Below are positions 58,412-64,000 of a stretch of DNA of 64,000 nucleotides, in pieces. Position numbers and translations under genes: made by a program. The DNA comes from Bacteroidota bacterium. GTDB lineage: Bacteria > Bacteroidota > JABWAT01. Positions within the stretch are counted from its first letter, which is position 1. The number at the start of each line of letters is the position of its first letter. The stretch covers positions 64,001 through 128,000 of the forward strand of contig JAKLJL010000010.1 in assembly GCA_023151185.1 (NCBI GenBank), read 5' to 3'. The notes under the pieces are model-generated. The model was given only the letters and a program-made list of their open reading frames with translations. It searched no databases and was not told the origin of the DNA.

Positions 58412-58984
58412 ATGAAGTTTGCCCTTGCAGTTGTCGTTATCCTGATTCTTGCTGTTTTAACAACCTTCTTTCATTATGATATGTTTGACGGGATGACGGT
58501 TGTAAAGAAAACCGTTCCGGCACGTATTCTCGTTTATGAAGTCCATCAGGGGGATCATAAAAAGTCGGCGGATGCCATGAACAAGGTTTTTTTCACCCTG
58601 CTGAAACTGGATTCCATCAAAACCAGCATCGGCTTCGGGTTATATTATGACAACCCGGAATTTACACCGAAAGACAGCCTGCGGTGGATTGCCGGCTGTA
58701 TTCTGAATCCGGAAGATACCCTGAAAATCGGCCGGATTGCCGATTCGTTTAAAGTTGCTGTTTTCCCGGAGACCGAAGCGGTTTACACCGATTTTGCCTA
58801 CAAGGGAGCACTTTCTGTCTTTATCGGGGTCTATAAAGCCTATCCGGCGCTGGGAGAGTACATGGCGGAAAACAAACTGGCCATGCCGCCGGTTATGGAG
58901 CTTTACGACCAGCCCAGAAACACCATTCAGTATATTGCGCCCGTTCATCTTTCGAAGGAACAGTTCGATTCCTATCTGAAATAA
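58412..58984 (+). CDS. GyrI-like small-molecule-binding protein with an N-terminal anchor
   Basis: GLYYDNP, LRWIAG, YPAL, MELYD. Confidence 0.78.
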   Translation: MKFALAVVVILILAVLTTFFHYDMFDGMTVVKKTVPARILVYEVHQGDHKKSADAMNKVFFTLLKLDSIKTSIGFGLYYDNPEFTPKDSLRWIAGCILNPEDTLKIGRIADSFKVAVFPETEAVYTDFAYKGALSVFIGVYKAYPALGEYMAENKLAMPPVMELYDQPRNTIQYIAPVHLSKEQFDSYLK

Positions 58985-59198
58985 CCGTTCCGGCCATTCC
59001 GGGGAAAGACACCCAGGACCCGGAGGCCCAAAGGAATTGCAAACAGGAAAGGTTTACTTTCCTTCCTTTTAACGGGAAGGTCAGGGTGGGGGATAATTTC
59101 TCGCCCGGTACCCCAACCCGGGCTTTTTTTCCCCCGGCGCTACCGGATTCCTGACCGATCAATAAAATCGATTGCAAGTCTGCGCATCATCAGCCAAA

Positions 59199-59286
59199 TT
59201 CATTAGCATAAGTTGAGTAACTCATAAGCATGACTTGATCAACTCATAAGCATGACTTTTGAAAAGCATGAGCATGAGTTTATCCG
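59199..59286. repeat. four degenerate 22-bp tandem units with a palindromic core TCAT-nAGC-ATGA
   Basis: TTCATTAGCATAAGTTGAGTAA / CTCATAAGCATGACTTGATCAA / CTCATAAGCATGACTTTTGAAA / AGCATGAGCATGAGTTTATCCG. Confidence 0.8.
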
Positions 59287-59475
59287 GTCGCTAAAAGGGG
59301 GTGTTTCCCTTAAAAGAGTATCCGGTTGAATGGGTTTAGAAGAGGTCGGGTGAGCAGTCAGCGGCTGGGAAACTGTACCGGGCTGTGACGGAGTCAAAAA
59401 CCCGGGGAATGCTTTCCCTCCCCCGGTTCGGGAGAGGGAAGGGCAGGCTTAATCAGGTAACAGGCAGTAAAGTCC

Positions 59476-62007
59476 TTACTTCGACAGAATCATCTTCCGG
59501 GTAAAGGACTGTCCGGAAGAGGTCATCCTGCAGAAATACAAGCCGGAAGGAAGTCCGGCTGCAGAGAAGGTCACCTCATGGTGACCGGCCGGGCGGATGC
59601 CGTCAACCAGAGTCGTGATTTCCTGTCCCAGAATATTCAGAACTTTAACAGTTACTTTACTCTGAACCGGCAGGGTAAAGCCAATCACGGTAGACGGATT
59701 GAACGGATTGGGGTAGTTAGGTTCCAGATTTAACCGGGAAACGAGTTGCTCATCGGCAACTCCGGTCACGGTTTCAAGGGTAAAATCATCCAGATACCAG
59801 CTTTGATCCTTTGACCCGGCCCCTGTCGAGGTTAAGGTAAACCGGAAAAGAACCGGCTTCCCGACGTAATCCGTCAGCGGAATGGATTCTTTCACCCAGG
59901 TCGTGGTCCCGGCAGCCCAGTCCGGGTTTGAATTCCAGTTCAGTGTTTTAACGGCAATCCAGGTCTTTCCGGCATCCGATGACAGTTCGACCGTACCCGA
60001 AGAAACTGCTGGGTCGAGGAGGGCAATAGTCCGATAGGTAATCCCCTGGCCGGCAGCCGGTTTAACCGCAGCAAGGAAGGCGGTTTCGGTCATTCCGGAG
60101 ATAACAGAAGAAATACCGATGGCATTCGATGACATGAAGGCTTTCTTTTCAACCGTCCATCCGGAAGTTCCGACAACTTTATAAGGAGCTGCCCCTTCGA
60201 ACGTTTCGGCCAGCGTGGTCAGTGGGGTTCCCAGCCGCTGAACTTCAGACAGAGCCACATCGCCGATGACGGTTTCACTGCCGGATCCGGTAAACCGGAT
60301 TTCATACCGGGTTGCAAATGCACTGCCAACAGGGGCAGTATCAATAAAGGTAATCACTTTTCCGGTATCGGCAGGGTTCAGTGTTCCGGTAAATACGGCT
60401 TTATCCCGTACCCGGGTAATCTGGTATCCTGAGAGATTGTGCAGCCGGGTACCGTCATTGTGCCGGGCCGGAACGGTCAGCGAAAAGATTGATGTGGTTC
60501 CATTATTCACCGCCGGGATGGATTCTGAGGCGGCAGGAGCCAGAGATCCGCCGGCGATCCGGAGGAATGAAGCTGAAATGCCGGTATCTCCTGAAACCGT
60601 ATGAATCGGCAGCATTTCGTACGTGTAGGAAGCTCCCGGAGTCAGTCCGACAACAGTCAGAGATTGTTCAGCACCGATTTCGGGCGAAGAGTATTCCTGA
60701 ATCGGAGCACCGTTCTGCAACAGGACAAGTTTGAAGTCAGTGGCGATCCGGCCATCGTAAAAGGACTCCGGATTCAGCCAGGAAACCTTCATGGAAGTCG
60801 GGGTTTCAAAGTCAGAAAAGGCTCTAAACTGGGTTGGCGGACTCAGTTTATTGCCAAAATCAATATCCCACCCGATCACAGCCAGTAACCGGAGATCTGC
60901 TTCTGATATCCGGACCAGTTCACCCCGGGCAACAGTCGGATCCATGATCCCGATTTTCCGTTCTGCTGCGGGCAGTGTGCTTCTGAGGGCATCATCCCGC
61001 CAGTGGGAAGATTGACGGGTATCCCCGCCGGTTCCGTTTGAATTCCCGGTCGACACTTCAAATTCCTCATTTCCATCCCAGAAAACATGATCTCCGCCCG
61101 CGGTTAACGGACCTGCTGTGAGCACCCGGGTTGCCGAGTAAAACTCATCCAGATTGCTGACTGCACCGGGACGGAACCGGAAAATATCCCAGGTGGTACA
61201 GTATCCGTCAGAATAGCCGATCGAAGAGACAAATCCCAGTGCATGCCCGATTTCGTGAATGGTAACTCCCTGAAAATCGGTGAGGCTCGAGGCAATTCCG
61301 TCAGACTGATCGAAATCAAAGGAAAAGGCAGAGTTAAATCCGATATTGGGAGTTTGCCCAAAGGCCACAACATCAGATGTCACCGCATCGAAATAACCCA
61401 GGGCCTGAAGGTTCGAACGGGTTGCAATCGGGTAATTGATGGTTCCCAGATCGGCAGTCAGCGGACTGGGAATTGCTGAGTACAGACTTGAAAGTCCTTC
61501 ATGTTTTCCGGACAGGGTTTCGCCGAATGCCTGAAAGGTTTCCGGATTGCCTGTCGCATTTTTCCCTGTCGTTGCCGCATAAATAGCAGAACTGGTGGAT
61601 CCGATTACACTGGAAGATGAATAAGCCGATCCGAACCGGGTCGGACCGTAATCCACATCAATGACGATGGTGACAGGAGTTAAAATGACCTGTTCCCAGG
61701 CTTCTGCTGCCTTGACGAAGGAAGCCTGGGCAGTGGGATTGGCTTTCAACTGATCGGTGGCCCGCAGAATAATATTCAGATGTCCGTCTCCCCCGGCTGA
61801 CTTCAGGGTGGATTCAATCACCGACAATTGCCGGGTAAAGGCGGCAGCACTTTTTTCAAGTGAACTTGCCGGCCGGGTTGATTCGATACAGCTCAGGTTG
61901 CCGTTGTGATCAGCAACCCAGGTAAATTCTGCAACAGTCAAGGGCTGCTGAGCCTGAACCCCTGCTGCAGCAGCGAGAAGGAGCAGGGAAAGGAGTGTTT
62001 TCTTCAT
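59476..62007 (-). CDS. secreted zinc metalloprotease (NF038122-like) with FN3/beta-sandwich domains and a T9SS CTD
   Basis: HEIGHALGF, WDIFRF, SHW, IMDP, D...LAVIGWD, NYPNPFNPST. Confidence 0.85.
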   Translation of the reverse strand: MKKTLLSLLLLAAAAGVQAQQPLTVAEFTWVADHNGNLSCIESTRPASSLEKSAAAFTRQLSVIESTLKSAGGDGHLNIILRATDQLKANPTAQASFVKAAEAWEQVILTPVTIVIDVDYGPTRFGSAYSSSSVIGSTSSAIYAATTGKNATGNPETFQAFGETLSGKHEGLSSLYSAIPSPLTADLGTINYPIATRSNLQALGYFDAVTSDVVAFGQTPNIGFNSAFSFDFDQSDGIASSLTDFQGVTIHEIGHALGFVSSIGYSDGYCTTWDIFRFRPGAVSNLDEFYSATRVLTAGPLTAGGDHVFWDGNEEFEVSTGNSNGTGGDTRQSSHWRDDALRSTLPAAERKIGIMDPTVARGELVRISEADLRLLAVIGWDIDFGNKLSPPTQFRAFSDFETPTSMKVSWLNPESFYDGRIATDFKLVLLQNGAPIQEYSSPEIGAEQSLTVVGLTPGASYTYEMLPIHTVSGDTGISASFLRIAGGSLAPAASESIPAVNNGTTSIFSLTVPARHNDGTRLHNLSGYQITRVRDKAVFTGTLNPADTGKVITFIDTAPVGSAFATRYEIRFTGSGSETVIGDVALSEVQRLGTPLTTLAETFEGAAPYKVVGTSGWTVEKKAFMSSNAIGISSVISGMTETAFLAAVKPAAGQGITYRTIALLDPAVSSGTVELSSDAGKTWIAVKTLNWNSNPDWAAGTTTWVKESIPLTDYVGKPVLFRFTLTSTGAGSKDQSWYLDDFTLETVTGVADEQLVSRLNLEPNYPNPFNPSTVIGFTLPVQSKVTVKVLNILGQEITTLVDGIRPAGHHEVTFSAAGLPSGLYFCRMTSSGQSFTRKMILSK

Positions 62008-62155
62008 TTTGATTCCGGTTATTGATTTTATAAAGACTATTTTTGCCTGTCAGGTTCCGGTTCGAAGCCAGCAGGATCCTGTTTTTCTTAAAATCGGATT
62101 AAAACCGGCCAATTGCAAAATGAACTGGTGACAGTGTTCACAAGTGAAAATCCAG

Positions 62156-62653
62156 ATGTATGAGATAAATCCCGCAAAAATACCGGTAACTCCCGCCGTC
62201 AGAAGTCTCAGATCCGGACATATTCCGTTCCGGCCGTATCTTTTCCCGTGGAAGGAAAAAGGCGGCACCCGGTATTCTGCAGAACTTTTACAGATCAGTG
62301 AACATTTGGTGATCAAAACCCTGGTTTTTGAACCCGACCGGGGAGATCCTTTTCTGGTGCTGATGCATGGCGACCGGGAAGTATCAGTAAAAGCTCTGGC
62401 AAGGCTGCTCGGCGTGAAAACCGTTACCCCTGCATCCGAACCAACCGCAACCCGGTTTACCGGGTATCAGTTTGGCGGGACCTCACCGTTCGGGACTCGG
62501 CGGAAGATGAAGATCTATGCTGAAAAGTCCCTTTTTGATCTGACTGAACTTTACATCAACGGGGGTAAACGGGGATTCTTGGTGGCGGTCAATCCGGCAG
62601 ATCTGGGAAAAGTTCTGGAACTGGAAACCGTGACTGTGGCAATCACTGACTAA
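62156..62653 (+). CDS. ybaK: YbaK/EbsC aminoacyl-tRNA deacylase
   Basis: VIKTLV, TGYQFGGTSPFG, INGGKRG. Start at 62144 or 62156. Confidence 0.88.
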   Translation: MYEINPAKIPVTPAVRSLRSGHIPFRPYLFPWKEKGGTRYSAELLQISEHLVIKTLVFEPDRGDPFLVLMHGDREVSVKALARLLGVKTVTPASEPTATRFTGYQFGGTSPFGTRRKMKIYAEKSLFDLTELYINGGKRGFLVAVNPADLGKVLELETVTVAITD

Positions 62654-62683
62654 ATTTCCGGAAAAATATATTTTTAATTGATA

Positions 62684-64000
62684 GGTCCGGCGTTTTGATG
62701 GAAAGCTGAAGAAGAAATACCGATTTGAATTTGGCAGTTGCATTTTTCGCACGGAAGAACGGCATTGGTATTACCGGAAATTTGTGGCCGTGCGGATTTT
62801 GTGATTTTATTCTTTCCCCCGGGGCTGACGCCCCGGGCTACCCCAAGGCTTCGCCACGGGCAAGCAGGATGTCACCCCTCCGGGGCTGAGGGCACTGCGT
62901 CGACCCCAAGACTTCGTCGCGGGCATGCGGCTGACGGCGGAATACAAAATTCTAACCTATAGAGCCTCAGTGTCCTTTTCCCCTCCTTTTCTAAAGGAGG
63001 GGTTAGGGGTGGTTTGGCTGTTTTCTCAGAACCAAAAGAAAACTGCCCAGTCAGGCACCCAAAGTTAGCAGTTTTAATTGGCAGAATCGCGCCGTGCAGC
63101 GTGGGAGACGTTTCGTGCGTTTCAGATCCTGACCGAAAAACCACTGAACCCGTGAGTATGGAACAGGTTATCCGGTCAGGATGTGGGGGCAGGCGGGAAA
63201 AGTCAAGGAAACGGCGGGTTCGATTCTGCTGAGGATTTTTGGGTACTTTTTATCCGTAAAAAGTACCTCCCCGAAGGGAAAGAGAGTATGAGGTTGCCGG
63301 TCCGGCGTTTCGCCGGAAGGATGGGGACTTTTTCAAAAAAGTCCCGCAAAAACGTTACCGCCCAGCCGCTCTAAGACTTGTGACTGGCGCTCCGGTCCTG
63401 AAAAAATCAGAACAAGAACGATGAGCTGAAGTTTTAATTCCCTCTCACAGACACTGATTTTTTATAACCGGACACTTCGCTGGTCACTGCGTCGACCCCA
63501 AGACTTTGTCGCGGGCATGCGGCTGACGGCGGAATACAAAATTCTAACCTATAGAGCTCTGGTTTCCGGAAATGGCTCTGTGCCACCCGGTAGCTTTATT
63601 GCCGAACCCAAAGAAAATCACTTCATCCGTCGTCCAAAGTTTGGAGCCGAATTGAGCAGAATCGCGCCGTGCAGCGTGGGAGACGTTTCGTGCGTTTCAG
63701 ATCTTGGCCGAAAAACCACAGAACCCGTGAGACTGGAACAAGCCATCCGGTCAGGATGTGGGGGCAGGCGGGCAAGGGCAAGGAAACGGCGGGTTCGATT
63801 CTGCAGAGGATTTTTGGGTACTTTTTATCCGTAAAAAGTACCTCCCCGAAGGGAAAGGGAGTTTGAGATTGCCGGTCCGGCGTTTCGCCGGAAGGATGGG
63901 GAAGGAATACCGATTTGAATTAGTCGGTTGCGTTTCCGCACGGAAGAACGGCATTGGCATAACCGGAAATTTGTAGCCGTGCGGATTTTGTGATTTTATT
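62684..64000 (+). repeat. mosaic of structured non-coding repeats (modules C-A-B-A-B-C with REP-like hairpins); runs off the window end
   Basis: A: 62893-62965 and 63485-63557. B: 63081-63327 and 63656-63902. C: 62684-62811 and 63874-64000. Confidence 0.88.

Noticed and set aside
59199-59286. CRISPR array
   Set aside because: The units are contiguous 22-mers with no unique spacers, and no cas genes are present.
59301-59339. 12-codon ORF (GTG...TAG, MFPLKEYPVEWV) after the 22-bp array
   Set aside because: The purine-rich tract abuts the start codon with no proper spacing, and there is no other support.
62738-63976. Short ORFs in the terminal repeat region (e.g. 63014..63232, 63517..63834, 63183..63374, 63758..63976)
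   Set aside because: Their similarity comes from the DNA repeat. Starts and stops differ between copies, there is no RBS, and conservation follows base pairing.

Overview
Bacterial chromosomal window, most consistent with a Bacteroidota/Ignavibacteria-like (FCB group) organism. Four secreted proteins end in a T9SS type-A CTD (N[YF]PNPFNP-like), and TAnnTTTG promoter boxes coexist with AGGAG Shine-Dalgarno sites. From 1 to 19.6 kb there is one co-oriented run of about 25 small accessory genes. The first ~5.5 kb of it is AT-rich and holds two decayed pseudogenes. The run also includes a CoA-disulfide reductase with four rhodanese domains and an unannotated DxDDTA-motif protein. 19.8-36.5 kb is mostly housekeeping: TMEM175, methylmalonyl-CoA mutase, ygiD-marR-yceI, queF, tricorn protease, RlmI-like methyltransferase and LTA synthase-like. 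36.6-43.1 kb is a LacI regulator with tandem operators ahead of two secreted GQxxF-type NHL beta-propeller proteins. After that come an ECF sigma, tmk, an S41 protease, a CCA-type enzyme, protoporphyrinogen oxidase, a multi-CBM alpha-amylase, a second accessory run, a secreted metalloprotease and ybaK. Notable non-coding signals are a 22-bp-period palindromic array at 59.2 kb, a nested mosaic of structured repeats at 62.7-64 kb, and strong host-wide CCGG enrichment. I saw no CRISPR array, tRNA, rRNA, transposase or integrase. All family calls come from motif recognition; no database search was run.
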